The notes under the pieces are model-generated. The model ran no database searches and was not told where the DNA came from. It saw nothing but the letters and a program-made list of their open reading frames with translations. The position numbers and the translations under genes are program-made. From IMG/VR virus record IMGVR_UViG_3300020554_000012, positions 1-45,766 of that record: DNA of 45,766 nucleotides; one strand, given 5' to 3'. Every line of letters starts with the position of its first letter. Positions within the stretch are counted from its first letter, which is position 1. Below are positions 18,815 to 28,030 of this stretch, in pieces. Source of the DNA: a virus (Duplodnaviria > Caudoviricetes).

Positions 18815-19570
18815 TTAGGAAACTGTTACAACACAAGTGTCGCTGTTGCCGTTGTTTGGCCATGTTCCAGTAATGGTAGCCGAACCGTTTGAAAGCGCAG
18901 TTACAACACCGGCGGTGGAGACCGTAGCAACCGCAGGGTTGCTGGACTTCCACTGAATGCCATAGGTGTAGTTGCGTCCACCAAGAGTGGCGCTCAGCTT
19001 GCTAACAGCAGGATCGGTCACAGCCAAGGTGGCTGGCAACACAACTGGTGTCAGGGCCGAACCGATGACCGTGCGAACAGCAAAGTCACCCTGGGGGAGC
19101 ATGGTTACCGTATAACGGAACGCTTCCTCACCAACAATAGACTCAGCGTATCCATCGGTCATTACCTTGAATACGTGCACAAGTTGACCGTTGGCGGCCA
19201 ATGGGTTGGTGCGCTCGCCATCGATACGGATGACAAGGTAACCCTTAGTGCGTGGTGCGTCAAGCGCGTCGTAAGCCAGCGAGTAAACACTGGATGCGTC
19301 GTCAAAGTCGCGTGGGTAGTAAAGGGAAAGCGATCCACCGAAGTTAGTAAAACCACGGTCAATGACTTTACCAATAGCGGTGATGGCTGGGTCATCCAGC
19401 TCATTGCTCGCCTCGAGGTTGAAGTCAAAATCGTTCCAAGAGATAGCGTCCGAGATGTCCAACGATGCGTTGATCTCGGCTGCTGTGGGGGCCTGGTAGT
19501 TAGCGAAGGCGTTTTCCAATGCCCACCATACACGGATGTTACCGCTTGCGGGTACTCTTACGTCAGTCAT
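18815..19570 (-). CDS. Major tail tube protein with C-terminal Ig-like (Big_2) domain
   Basis: APTAAEIN...DISDAI actinophage tail-tube motif; WKSSNPAVATVS..GVVTA...GSATIT. Confidence 0.85.
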   Translation of the reverse strand: MTDVRVPASGNIRVWWALENAFANYQAPTAAEINASLDISDAISWNDFDFNLEASNELDDPAITAIGKVIDRGFTNFGGSLSLYYPRDFDDASSVYSLAYDALDAPRTKGYLVIRIDGERTNPLAANGQLVHVFKVMTDGYAESIVGEEAFRYTVTMLPQGDFAVRTVIGSALTPVVLPATLAVTDPAVSKLSATLGGRNYTYGIQWKSSNPAVATVSTAGVVTALSNGSATITGTWPNNGNSDTCVVTVS

Positions 19571-20112
19571 TAGGAGTTAGTCACCTCGTAGTTCCAGTTC
19601 ACGAAGTCGTTGTTAAGGAACGACTGGCTGATGCGAAGGTTCTCGCCGCTAGCGGCAACATCAATACCAAAGTCAGTCTTAACGCCAACCATCTTTACGC
19701 GGTCGTCCACAGCGAATGGAGTATCGCTGCGTCCGCCCACACGGAGGATTGCAATATATTCAATGTCCGGCCAAGCCAAAAGGTCAAAGGCCAGGTTGTA
19801 CTCACCGGCGGCAGTAACGTCAGCGTCGCGGAACGCTTCGAAAACAACCTCGGGGTTGTAGAACGTGGGGGTAGAAACGTTGCCGGCGTCACAGAATGTA
19901 ACTGAATCGTCGGTGTCCGAATCTCCCAGCGTGAAAGTGGTTCCGTCCTCATTGAGCGCACAGGTGATGTTGTAGACCAGGCCGTCTGCGTTGGTGCTTG
20001 CGTCGAACCAGTCGTTCAATTCAGCAGCAGTTGGAGCGGTACGGTCAGCAAATGCCTCCGGGTGCGCGAGGAGGAACGTAATATTCTCACGGTAGAGTCT
20101 TACGTTTGCCAT
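19570..20112 (-). CDS. Second tail-tube-like protein (paralogue)
   Basis: AFADRTAPTAAELN...NITCAL...SDT.D...C motif. Confidence 0.75.
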   Translation of the reverse strand: MANVRLYRENITFLLAHPEAFADRTAPTAAELNDWFDASTNADGLVYNITCALNEDGTTFTLGDSDTDDSVTFCDAGNVSTPTFYNPEVVFEAFRDADVTAAGEYNLAFDLLAWPDIEYIAILRVGGRSDTPFAVDDRVKMVGVKTDFGIDVAASGENLRISQSFLNNDFVNWNYEVTNS

Positions 20113-20357
20113 TAGTTCTCTTCCTCAATATCGATATTGGATGTAGTCTCTTGCGCGTCAGTCTCTTTTTTCTTCGCGAAGAATCCAGAACGCAGTTCTT
20201 CCTTGCCCTCTACCGTGCCAGGTTTGTACATGACGGGGTTGTAGGGCTTTTTATCCGCATCAACGGGCACCAAGATGTCCTTGAATTTTGGGTGAAGAAG
20301 TGTCTTGGGTGACACGTCAGCGATCTGTCCGGAGACAGTATTAAGCGCAAGTACCAT
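20112..20357 (-). CDS. Small virion-block hypothetical protein
   Basis: Leaderless promoter TGGTAAACT; TAATG coupling. Confidence 0.65.
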   Translation of the reverse strand: MVLALNTVSGQIADVSPKTLLHPKFKDILVPVDADKKPYNPVMYKPGTVEGKEELRSGFFAKKKETDAQETTSNIDIEEEN

Positions 20358-20376
20358 AGACCCAGTTTACCACTAA

Positions 20377-20835
20377 CTAAGAGCCTATATACGAGTCCGG
20401 GTTCTCTGAGTTGAATCGGAATCCAAGTGTTCCAATACCCAAATAAAGATGTGGCGAACCGTTCCTATCTGTTACCGGAAACACAGTCTGCCCCAGCGTG
20501 GGCGTCAATGCCGCACCGTTTGATATCTTCCAACCAATCAGTTGGTCCATAAAAAGATTCAATACCTTGCGCGCAATTCTTGGCGCTGGTGCCACTGCAA
20601 TAATGTCAAATCTAGATGAGTACTCATCGTGTCGAACTCCGGCAAAAGATGCGTTAGCTACCTCGCGGGTTAGCCCGCTCCAACGGATAACTACAAAGGG
20701 TTTTGTTTTTCTGTCTATACGCATGAGGTATTCGTCATCAAGAACCTCGTCTTCCTTGACCTCGTACTGCGGAAAAGATGTCTCAATATGTAAAGCTATT
20801 TCGTCCTGAATAGCCACCAGGTCTATGCCATTCAT
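20377..20835 (-). CDS. Tail terminator/completion protein
   Basis: Synteny and size; PFVVI motif. Confidence 0.6.
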   Translation of the reverse strand: MNGIDLVAIQDEIALHIETSFPQYEVKEDEVLDDEYLMRIDRKTKPFVVIRWSGLTREVANASFAGVRHDEYSSRFDIIAVAPAPRIARKVLNLFMDQLIGWKISNGAALTPTLGQTVFPVTDRNGSPHLYLGIGTLGFRFNSENPDSYIGS

Positions 20836-21386
20836 GCTTTGTTAATCCTCCTGGTAATTCTGGACTTGTATTTTGTTGTCAGTCTTGGCAATTGAGATTC
20901 GGCGTCAGCGCCAGAATCCCGAAGAGCAAACATTCCCTTGGTGTTCTTGTAGCCACCAAACGGGTTACGCATGATTACGGGACCGCCGTTGACAATTCTA
21001 AGCCTACCCGAACCAGTATAAGCCGCAATGAATTTGTTCTTGAATCCAGTCTCCTGGTATTCAAAGTATTCCTCAAAGTTTCTTATCCAACCAAACTCGG
21101 CAGAGACTCTGGTTCCGGAAGCATTCGAACCGACAAGCGAAACTCGAGCATCTACGGAGTCGTACATCTTTCCAGTTCTAATTCTTCCCGGTCCCTTGTT
21201 CAATCCAGCAGCCGCGGCCGCGGCGCTAAACTTCGTCCCCCTCTGCTTGATGTATTCGCGCATTCTTTCTGCGCCAAATTCAGCAAGCTCCTCGGCCATT
21301 AGCTTGGATTCCTGTTTAATTATTTCTTTAGCAGAGGCGAGTTTTCTTTCCAGGCCGGAAATATTTATTGTGATAAACCGTGCCAT
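20832..21386 (-). CDS. Neck protein (HK97 gp10-like)
   Basis: GRIRTGKMYDSV, FGW...YFEYQETG and MFALRD motifs. Confidence 0.7.
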   Translation of the reverse strand: MARFITINISGLERKLASAKEIIKQESKLMAEELAEFGAERMREYIKQRGTKFSAAAAAAGLNKGPGRIRTGKMYDSVDARVSLVGSNASGTRVSAEFGWIRNFEEYFEYQETGFKNKFIAAYTGSGRLRIVNGGPVIMRNPFGGYKNTKGMFALRDSGADAESQLPRLTTKYKSRITRRINKA

Positions 21387-21850
21387 TATGAACCGCCGGA
21401 ATCCGCAGTGGACTTGACATCAGCGTCACACTCGATAGTTCTGTTCCATCCGTAGGAGGAATTGATAGCGGATCGCACGGTAAGAATCAGGTTCTCGAGA
21501 ACCACATCTTCCCCGCCGTCGGTAATCCTAATTTGCATACCCTCGCGAATAAGGGAAAGGTTGGCGTCATAAGGAACTTGAATCCTAACCCCCCGGACGG
21601 CACCCTGCATGATGTCCATATCCGGCAATCTCTCTGTTTTGATTGGCTGTACCCTGGCCGACCCAGACCAAATTACGGTCTCCGAGTTGGAGATGTAGTC
21701 GTTAGTAAACTCATCCCACTCCTGCTCGCGAATGTTTGTATCAATGATTTCTATTTGAGCGTTATACCAGCGCGCAACAGCGGCGCGCATTTCCATAGCA
21801 ATGCTGGCGAAGTCGATGGGCGAGCTACTAGATACCGGCATTAGTTCCAC
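21386..21850 (-). CDS. Head-to-tail stopper
   Basis: IWSGSARVQP...RIQVP...R.IEC; synteny. True start may be the ATG at 21841. Confidence 0.7.
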   Translation of the reverse strand: MELMPVSSSSPIDFASIAMEMRAAVARWYNAQIEIIDTNIREQEWDEFTNDYISNSETVIWSGSARVQPIKTERLPDMDIMQGAVRGVRIQVPYDANLSLIREGMQIRITDGGEDVVLENLILTVRSAINSSYGWNRTIECDADVKSTADSGGS

Positions 21851-22266
21851 CAGGTGTAGTCTTCGTACTCCCGTTCCGCGAAGTCCATGTAGTGATCTTT
21901 ATCGACATACATTGCAACCAGGTTAAAGTATTCTGAGGACTCGTCAGCAAGGGCCTCTTGGCGCAACTGAGCCGCAATCTTGCGAAGCGATTCGGCAATG
22001 CGATCGCCATTGACAGTAAGGTCGTCGCTGGACCAGGACTTGAGTAGTAGTGCCTGAGAGGAGGCAATCGTCTCCATCGCACGGGCGGTAGCCAGCTTGA
22101 CGTTCTCGCCATACATTTCAAGGAAAGCGTTGATTTCATCATCGCTAAAATAAAGGTATTCACCGACGCCACTAATAACATTAGTAGCAACCGTGTCACC
22201 TAGAAGTACTCTTACTTTTCCGGTATCGGAATTGAAGTTAACAGGAGAGACGCCAAGGTTTGCCAT
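21841..22266 (-). CDS. Head-to-tail adaptor
   Basis: GKVRVLLGDT...FSDDEINAFL...DDLTVNG..A..LR..A motif. Confidence 0.8.
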   Translation of the reverse strand: MANLGVSPVNFNSDTGKVRVLLGDTVATNVISGVGEYLYFSDDEINAFLEMYGENVKLATARAMETIASSQALLLKSWSSDDLTVNGDRIAESLRKIAAQLRQEALADESSEYFNLVAMYVDKDHYMDFAEREYEDYTWWN

Positions 22267-22284
22267 GTTCTTATTTTACCGCAT

Positions 22285-22361
22285 AAAAGGGAACCCCGCA
22301 CCGGAGCCGGGGAAGGGGGGTTAGGCTCGACGGTGCGGGGAATCCAGCAGGAGGGGCTGGT
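22285..22361 (-). ncRNA. Candidate two-hairpin small RNA with C-rich/anti-SD loops
   Basis: Extended -10 TGATAACTT (22368-22376); hairpin CCAGC-CCCUCCU-GCUGG; long hairpin with loop UAACCCCCCUUCCCC; UUUU tail. Confidence 0.55.
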
Positions 22362-22381
22362 ATTACAAAGTTATCATAAAA

Positions 22382-23056
22382 ATGAAGTACTATTTGAGTG
22401 TGCCCAGACTTGCCGTTGTTCTCACATTGTACGACAGATTAGAGTATTTAGATAGGCAAATATCAGAACTCGGCGCTCAGCGCAATCAAGATTTTGATTT
22501 GTATATATGCAATAACAGCGCGCAAGATGTATCGTTTCCTGGCGCCCGTGTATATAACTACTTCAACAAATACAAAATGTACGGCAGGTTCTATCTAATC
22601 AGGGACCACATTGCAAACGCCGACTACGATATGGTGCTGCTCGTGGATGACGACGAGACGTTTCCGCCCGACCTAATAGACGAATGCTACCGACAGTTCG
22701 ACGAGTGTATCGTAAAGTCCTTCTGGGGCTTCCAGACGTACCAGGATTACTGGGTGAGGGATAGACTGCGGGGCGACTGGAAAGGCGATTACGCGGGCAC
22801 TGGTGGCCTGCTGAGCCCTATTGAGCTGTGGCGTGTCCCCGAAGTTTATGAGGCACCGGAAGAATATTGGATTATAGATGATCTCTGGTTGTCTCACTGC
22901 ATATTGAGATATACCGACTACTTGATTATGGGGCTCAACGTTGCAATTACCTTCTATAAAGATGAGGGAAAGAAGGCAACGTACTTATCAATCAAGCCAT
23001 TGAAGTCAGCGTTTCATAAAGAATATATTATGCCTTACCGCAGAGCCATCGAATAG
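22382..23056 (+). CDS. Glycosyltransferase, GT-A (GT2-like)
   Basis: VVLTLYDR..L, YICNN, LLVDDD and IDDLWLS motifs. Real start may be GTG 22400, 6 nt after TACTAT. Confidence 0.8.
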   Translation: MKYYLSVPRLAVVLTLYDRLEYLDRQISELGAQRNQDFDLYICNNSAQDVSFPGARVYNYFNKYKMYGRFYLIRDHIANADYDMVLLVDDDETFPPDLIDECYRQFDECIVKSFWGFQTYQDYWVRDRLRGDWKGDYAGTGGLLSPIELWRVPEVYEAPEEYWIIDDLWLSHCILRYTDYLIMGLNVAITFYKDEGKKATYLSIKPLKSAFHKEYIMPYRRAIE

Positions 23057-23984
23057 CGTTGTGCAGTTCCCCAATCTGTTTAGAAAACTCTTTGGATAAA
23101 TTGAACGCACGGGCCTCGGCCTTCTGGGAATACTTCTGATAAGTCCGCTCGTCGTCAAGCGACTTTATTAATCTGACAAAAGAGTTTACGTCGTCGGGCT
23201 CGGCAAGCATTCCAGCGTCTCCAACTGATTCGACCAGGCCACGAGCATTTGAGCCAACGACAGGTATCCCTGATGCCATTGCCTCGACAGCAGCCCTGCC
23301 CCAGCTTTCGTACTTTGAGGGCATAAAGAATATTTTCGTCTGAGCGTAAATCGACTTCATGTTGCCAGTGTTTTCTACCACGCTCACGTTGCCCAACCTC
23401 TTGACTATTTGAGTTCCATAGCCACCCCTCACTGCCAGGAACTCTCGATCGCTAAGAATTTCCGCAACCCGCCAAAACATATTGACACCCTTGATGTCAA
23501 TGAGATTTATAAATGTAATCTTGCTCGCGTCTTGTCGCTCGGTTTTGTAAGTGTCAATGTCCGTGTGTGGATTGACAATCATCTTGGTTAGATTGTTAAT
23601 CTTTATTCCGTCGTAGACCCACTTGGAGTTCGCGACTACTAAGTCGGAATTTGTTGTATTTAATCTAAAGAGTTTTACGGCCTGATCATTGTGAACGAAA
23701 TGAACAATCGGTTTATTGATTGACTTGGCGTGGGTTATGGCGTGCTTGGTATCGTGATTTTGCGTGAAGACAATATCCGCATCAAACTCATAGACCTGTG
23801 AGTACTTGATAATCCGTATTCCGTCTACAACCTTGTGCTGAGGATTTGGCTGCGCCACCATAACTTCGTGCCCAAGATTGCGCAGGGACAAAAGTATTTC
23901 ATGCAACATCAACTCAGCGCCGGCCCGAGTGGATGGTGGATATAGATTTACATAGGCGAGAATTTTAGCCATTGGCCCAACCAT
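23028..23984 (-). CDS. Glycosyltransferase, GT-B (GT4-like)
   Basis: AGAE...GHEV and MPSKYESWGRAAVEAMASGIPVV signature. Confidence 0.92.
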   Translation of the reverse strand: MVGPMAKILAYVNLYPPSTRAGAELMLHEILLSLRNLGHEVMVAQPNPQHKVVDGIRIIKYSQVYEFDADIVFTQNHDTKHAITHAKSINKPIVHFVHNDQAVKLFRLNTTNSDLVVANSKWVYDGIKINNLTKMIVNPHTDIDTYKTERQDASKITFINLIDIKGVNMFWRVAEILSDREFLAVRGGYGTQIVKRLGNVSVVENTGNMKSIYAQTKIFFMPSKYESWGRAAVEAMASGIPVVGSNARGLVESVGDAGMLAEPDDVNSFVRLIKSLDDERTYQKYSQKAEARAFNLSKEFSKQIGELHNAIRWLCGKA

Positions 23985-24696
23985 GCAGCCCTGGCAAAGA
24001 TTTCAACAATTGCTCATCCCTAAATCCTATGTGTGTTATGTAAGCGTCGTATGGATTGTCCGCCCAGAATCCAACCGTAGCGCTACTGTCAAGCTTTAGT
24101 AACTGTATTCCAAAATCATACTCGTGGCTTGGTGTGTTGGGATACTTGTTGTCAAGCACTCTTCTATGAAACACTGATGGATTATGCGCCCAGAAGTAGA
24201 AGTGCCCTCTTGTTTCGTACCAGTGGTCTCGCTTTATCGCAACTTGCCCCTTGTCATCGTTTAAGTGATGCAACAACAGGCTGCCAGCATCCAGATCAAG
24301 ACGATGGTATTCGGAGTGCCACACCGTGCGGGGAACGCGCATCTGGATAATGTGTGGATTATTGCATAACTCATATATTACGCTCTGAACATCTAGCGGC
24401 CTGAATAGCATCCAGTCTTCTTCGATTCCAAGGAAGTAGTCAACGTCAAGCTCGCGCAACGTGTCGAATATCTTCTGTACCGCTATGGCTTGACCGGCCA
24501 CGCCACTGGATATGGGAACAATCGTAAAGTCCTGGCCGTAATTATTGACAAGCCATTTGACGTGCTCAGGGTCGCCGGAGTCATCGAAGATATAACTATA
24601 CTTAGGCTTGTCTACCAGATTTGCCAGCCAAGAAGCTATGGTTCGCTCTATGTATCCGCGTCTACCGTTCCCTAAAATATACCAAGCGTAATCCAT
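23965..24696 (-). CDS. Glycosyltransferase, GT-A (GT2-like)
   Basis: GRRGYIERTI.S, IFDDSGD, EEDW, HNPS and HIG motifs. Confidence 0.8.
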   Translation of the reverse strand: MDYAWYILGNGRRGYIERTIASWLANLVDKPKYSYIFDDSGDPEHVKWLVNNYGQDFTIVPISSGVAGQAIAVQKIFDTLRELDVDYFLGIEEDWMLFRPLDVQSVIYELCNNPHIIQMRVPRTVWHSEYHRLDLDAGSLLLHHLNDDKGQVAIKRDHWYETRGHFYFWAHNPSVFHRRVLDNKYPNTPSHEYDFGIQLLKLDSSATVGFWADNPYDAYITHIGFRDEQLLKSLPGLHGWANG

Positions 24697-24700
24697 GCTT

Positions 24701-25327
24701 CTATTTTAGTGCAAACACTCCGGACTTATTAGTGGCATTTGGACCTGGCAATGTAAAGTTCGTTTCTTTTTCATTTATGCCATCTTGATACACCATTGGA
24801 TCAGTGAGCCCGTAAACCTCAAAATACTTTACGAGCTCGGCGTTCGCCTTGTCTACTGGTTCGGATACTGATACAAGAAAGTCATATGACCTCATAAGTA
24901 ATTTGGCATAATCTCTATTGAAGTAAACAATGCCGTGCGTTGAGAGCATATTGTAAATCCGATATAAATCTCTACTGTGTTGCTCAACTGATATGCGTGT
25001 GTGCCCCGTGCCATTGTAAATGCCCCAGCGGGATATGCCGACGTACAAAGCATCGGCGCTGTCCGGCACATCTATTGTGGTGTTTGGGTTTTTTATGAAG
25101 ATGTCATCTTCGAATATTGCGAATGGGCCACTTGTTGATTCAAGAGCGGTGCCGATTGCCTTGATGTGCGCCATGGTGCAGCCAACAATTTTGCCCAGGC
25201 CCTCGATGCCGGAAATTCTTGTAACGCTTTCGAACCCAAGAATCTTTAGAACGGATTCTGTAGATTCTTTTTTATGGACATCGGCATCCATGTTTATGTA
25301 GAACGCCGGAATCTTATTTATTTCCAT
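24701..25327 (-). CDS. Glycosyltransferase, GT25-like
   Basis: FYINMD...RISG...GCTMAH...IFEDD...LYVG motifs. Confidence 0.8.
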   Translation of the reverse strand: MEINKIPAFYINMDADVHKKESTESVLKILGFESVTRISGIEGLGKIVGCTMAHIKAIGTALESTSGPFAIFEDDIFIKNPNTTIDVPDSADALYVGISRWGIYNGTGHTRISVEQHSRDLYRIYNMLSTHGIVYFNRDYAKLLMRSYDFLVSVSEPVDKANAELVKYFEVYGLTDPMVYQDGINEKETNFTLPGPNATNKSGVFALK

Positions 25328-25348
25328 TGGTCAAGAATACAACACAAA

Positions 25349-25370
25349 GGCCCCCGGTTTCCCGGGGGCC
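25349..25370 (-). terminator. Intrinsic terminator after the major capsid gene
   Basis: GGCCCCCGG-GAAA-CCGGGGGCC followed by TTTGTGTT. Confidence 0.8.
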
Positions 25371-25386
25371 AAAGTGTTTGTTTTTG

Positions 25387-26511
25387 TTAGGAGCCTGCTG
25401 CGCCAGTCGAGTAGCGCAGACCATCCTTGGTGATGTTGTACGCCTGTACAACGTGGCGGATACGGGTCTGAACGTCGTCCTCGTCGAAGCTACCGTCACG
25501 AACGGGGACCTCTCCACCGGCGAGGGTGAAGTGTCCGTTGTCCTTGATGGAGATAAGAGGAGTGCGTGCGCCCGAGAGGAAGACCTCCCAGAAGTACGGA
25601 CGGGTGTTCAGGTCCGGAATCACGAACCACCATGCGTCAGTCTGTCCACCCGAAACCGTGTCGAGAGCATTGAACTCGATTGGGTTGAATGGGCTGGTGA
25701 TGAACGATGGGTTCAGGATTGTGGTCTCAGAACCGGAAACGCGCTCGATCTGCGAGATAGCAAACAAGTTACGAACGGTCATCGCGAGCGAGGTGCCGTA
25801 GACGAGCTTGTAGTTGTTTGCGACCACGCGGTTGCCACCAACGGTGTCTTCGCGCGATGATGCCATAGCGTTCTCGAGGGCGGTAAGGCTCAGGGCTGGG
25901 TTACCAGCAAGGCCCTTGCCCGAGAAGCCGGTGCCGACAGCGCCAGCGGTGGTAACAAACAACTTGGCCAGAGCGATGTCTTCCTGACGCGCAGCGTACT
26001 GTGCGAAACGAGAAGTCATCTGTCCGATCATGTCGAAGTTACCAATGCGACGCAAGGATTCCCATGACATACGGGCACGGATACCAGTTTTGCCTTCGAA
26101 GTCCTTGTCGAGCTGAGTGGTGGTGAACGGAACTGCGGGGTACTCTTCGTACTCTCCGACAGCGGGAAGTCCACCCTCAATGAATTCCTCACCAGTGCCG
26201 CTTACAAGCGCGCTGGGGTCAACCTGGAAGTCACCGAAACGAATGATGCCAAAGTTGTCGGTGATGTACTCATCGGCAATCTGGTTCCATACGTTCTGCT
26301 CCGCAGCGTACTGTGCGAGGAAGATAACGTTAATAGCAGGCTCCAGGACGGTGGGAATGTCCGAAGAGGAGATTCCTTCCTGAAGCATCACCTTTGCACG
26401 AAGGTCACCCGACAGTGCGTTAGTCAGAAGCTTTGCAGCCTCAATCTGACGCTTGGTCGAACGCTCTTCAATGCGGGCGATCTCCTGCTCAACAACTTTA
26501 ATGTTAGCCAT
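25387..26511 (-). CDS. Major capsid protein (HK97 fold)
   Basis: LQEG.SSSD.P, LP.VGE.EEYP and GSFDEDD...RIRH motifs; follows cement gene; followed by a terminator. Confidence 0.9.
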   Translation of the reverse strand: MANIKVVEQEIARIEERSTKRQIEAAKLLTNALSGDLRAKVMLQEGISSSDIPTVLEPAINVIFLAQYAAEQNVWNQIADEYITDNFGIIRFGDFQVDPSALVSGTGEEFIEGGLPAVGEYEEYPAVPFTTTQLDKDFEGKTGIRARMSWESLRRIGNFDMIGQMTSRFAQYAARQEDIALAKLFVTTAGAVGTGFSGKGLAGNPALSLTALENAMASSREDTVGGNRVVANNYKLVYGTSLAMTVRNLFAISQIERVSGSETTILNPSFITSPFNPIEFNALDTVSGGQTDAWWFVIPDLNTRPYFWEVFLSGARTPLISIKDNGHFTLAGGEVPVRDGSFDEDDVQTRIRHVVQAYNITKDGLRYSTGAAGS

Positions 26512-26528
26512 TAGTCAATCACCTATTC

Positions 26529-26876
26529 TTAGTTGTTAATCCGGACGAAAACGTCACCAGCAACAGCACCCTTGGCCTTGATCGCGTAGCCAACAAGCTT
26601 GTTGGACCCAACGGTCGTGGTCAAAGCGGTGCCGTAAGTAGCGGCGCTTGCCAGGTAGATAGCGGCGCCCAGGGTGACGGCGTCAGCGGTTGTGCCGCGA
26701 AACACGCCAATGTGGCGAATGGTTGCGTAGTGCTCTCCGTCTGCGCCAAGCTCGGCGTCAGTTTCGGCCACACCACGGATGCCAGCGCTCAACCAAACAA
26801 AGTCACCAGATTCAACGTTCTCGTCGACCTCGTAGTTGAGTGAGTTGCCATCCTTGTAAACTTCGTTAAGAGCCAT
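26529..26876 (-). CDS. Capsid cement/decoration protein (DUF2190-like)
   Basis: MALNEVYKDG...VESGD.V...GVA.TD...GVF...G.AIY...VGYA. Confidence 0.85.
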   Translation of the reverse strand: MALNEVYKDGNSLNYEVDENVESGDFVWLSAGIRGVAETDAELGADGEHYATIRHIGVFRGTTADAVTLGAAIYLASAATYGTALTTTVGSNKLVGYAIKAKGAVAGDVFVRINN

Positions 26877-28009
26877 TAGGCACCAACCTTTACATTGAGA
26901 ATGTCAGAGAGGCGGGGGGCCTTCTCTGAGGTGTTAACAATAACGGTCTCTTCGATAGCCTTAGCGGAAGCGTTGGCCTCCTCCTTGAAGTGCGACTTGA
27001 CGGACTCAACGAAAGCCTTCTGGCTCTCGATGGCGTCATTCAAGTTTGCACCGGCGCGAAGTGACTCGTACACGGCCTTGCGGGAAACCTCGGGAAGGTC
27101 AGCGGCAACCATAGCCTCGGCTACAGCCGCAACGTCAACTTCTTCCTTCTCCTCTGGTTCCTCAGCAGGCGCAAGGGCTTCTGCAACAGCAGCTGCTACC
27201 AAGTTTGGCAGCTCAGCTAGCTGGTCGCTCAATTCCTTGAGTTCCATAATTGAGTATCCTTCTTTCGTATTGATAACGGTGGCTGCGGCTGTAGGAGCAG
27301 CAGTACCTTTTTCCCCGCCCATAGGGGCGGAAGATTCTTCTCTGGCTTTCCATGCGTTGCAGTAGGAGCCGCCAGCGGCGTATGCGTCCCACTTTTCGCA
27401 GTAAGCCTTGCCATCTTCGTCAACCTTGTTCTCATTGAAGAACATACAGTTGCCACAAGCGCGACCCTCGGGCACGTCGTCCGATGTTGCTGGACGATAG
27501 TTATCCGGCAATGCCTCGGCGACCATAGAGATGGCTGCCTCGTAGAGTTTATCGGCAAGCTTTGATCCGGGGCGGCCAGGATATGAAACCAGGTCAACGG
27601 AGTTCTGTGTGTGGGGAACGAGAGATTCAACAACAACTTCGCCGTCGTCGTTGTAGTTACCCTCGCCCATCGCGTAGATAGACAGGCCGGTGTGCGGGGC
27701 AACGGCCTCGACAAATTCTTTCCAGTGGGGCATGATGGACAGCTCGGCCACTAGGCCAACACCCTTTTCGTAACGAGCGTCTTCCGCTAGTACACCGATA
27801 AGATTCTTGGGTGAGCGGATGTCGCCTTCGTCGCGAGGGTGATCGACATAAGAGTGAGTGCCCTTCTTGAATGCTTGCGGGCCGTACTCGCGTAGCATCT
27901 CCTCGGTGTAAACACCAGAAGAACCTTTACCGGGAGTGATTAAAACGGCACGCCAATTGTTCCCAGATTTTACCGGCGCAGAACCGGACTCAGATAGAAG
28001 CTTGGCCAT
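26876..28009 (-). CDS. Capsid maturation protease/scaffold with inserted HiPIP-like 4-Cys domain
   Basis: ITPGKGSSG.Y, YVDHP, GLSI and SVDLV.YPG..G protease motifs; CGNC...C...YCNAW insert; helical acidic C-terminus. Confidence 0.85.
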   Translation of the reverse strand: MAKLLSESGSAPVKSGNNWRAVLITPGKGSSGVYTEEMLREYGPQAFKKGTHSYVDHPRDEGDIRSPKNLIGVLAEDARYEKGVGLVAELSIMPHWKEFVEAVAPHTGLSIYAMGEGNYNDDGEVVVESLVPHTQNSVDLVSYPGRPGSKLADKLYEAAISMVAEALPDNYRPATSDDVPEGRACGNCMFFNENKVDEDGKAYCEKWDAYAAGGSYCNAWKAREESSAPMGGEKGTAAPTAAATVINTKEGYSIMELKELSDQLAELPNLVAAAVAEALAPAEEPEEKEEVDVAAVAEAMVAADLPEVSRKAVYESLRAGANLNDAIESQKAFVESVKSHFKEEANASAKAIEETVIVNTSEKAPRLSDILNVKVGA

Positions 28010-28030
28010 ACCTCTTATATTACCACGATA

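Noticed and set aside
22349-22354. AGGAGG as RBS of the plus-strand glycosyltransferase
   Set aside because: 27 nt or more from the start codon; it fits better as the anti-SD loop of a minus-strand hairpin.
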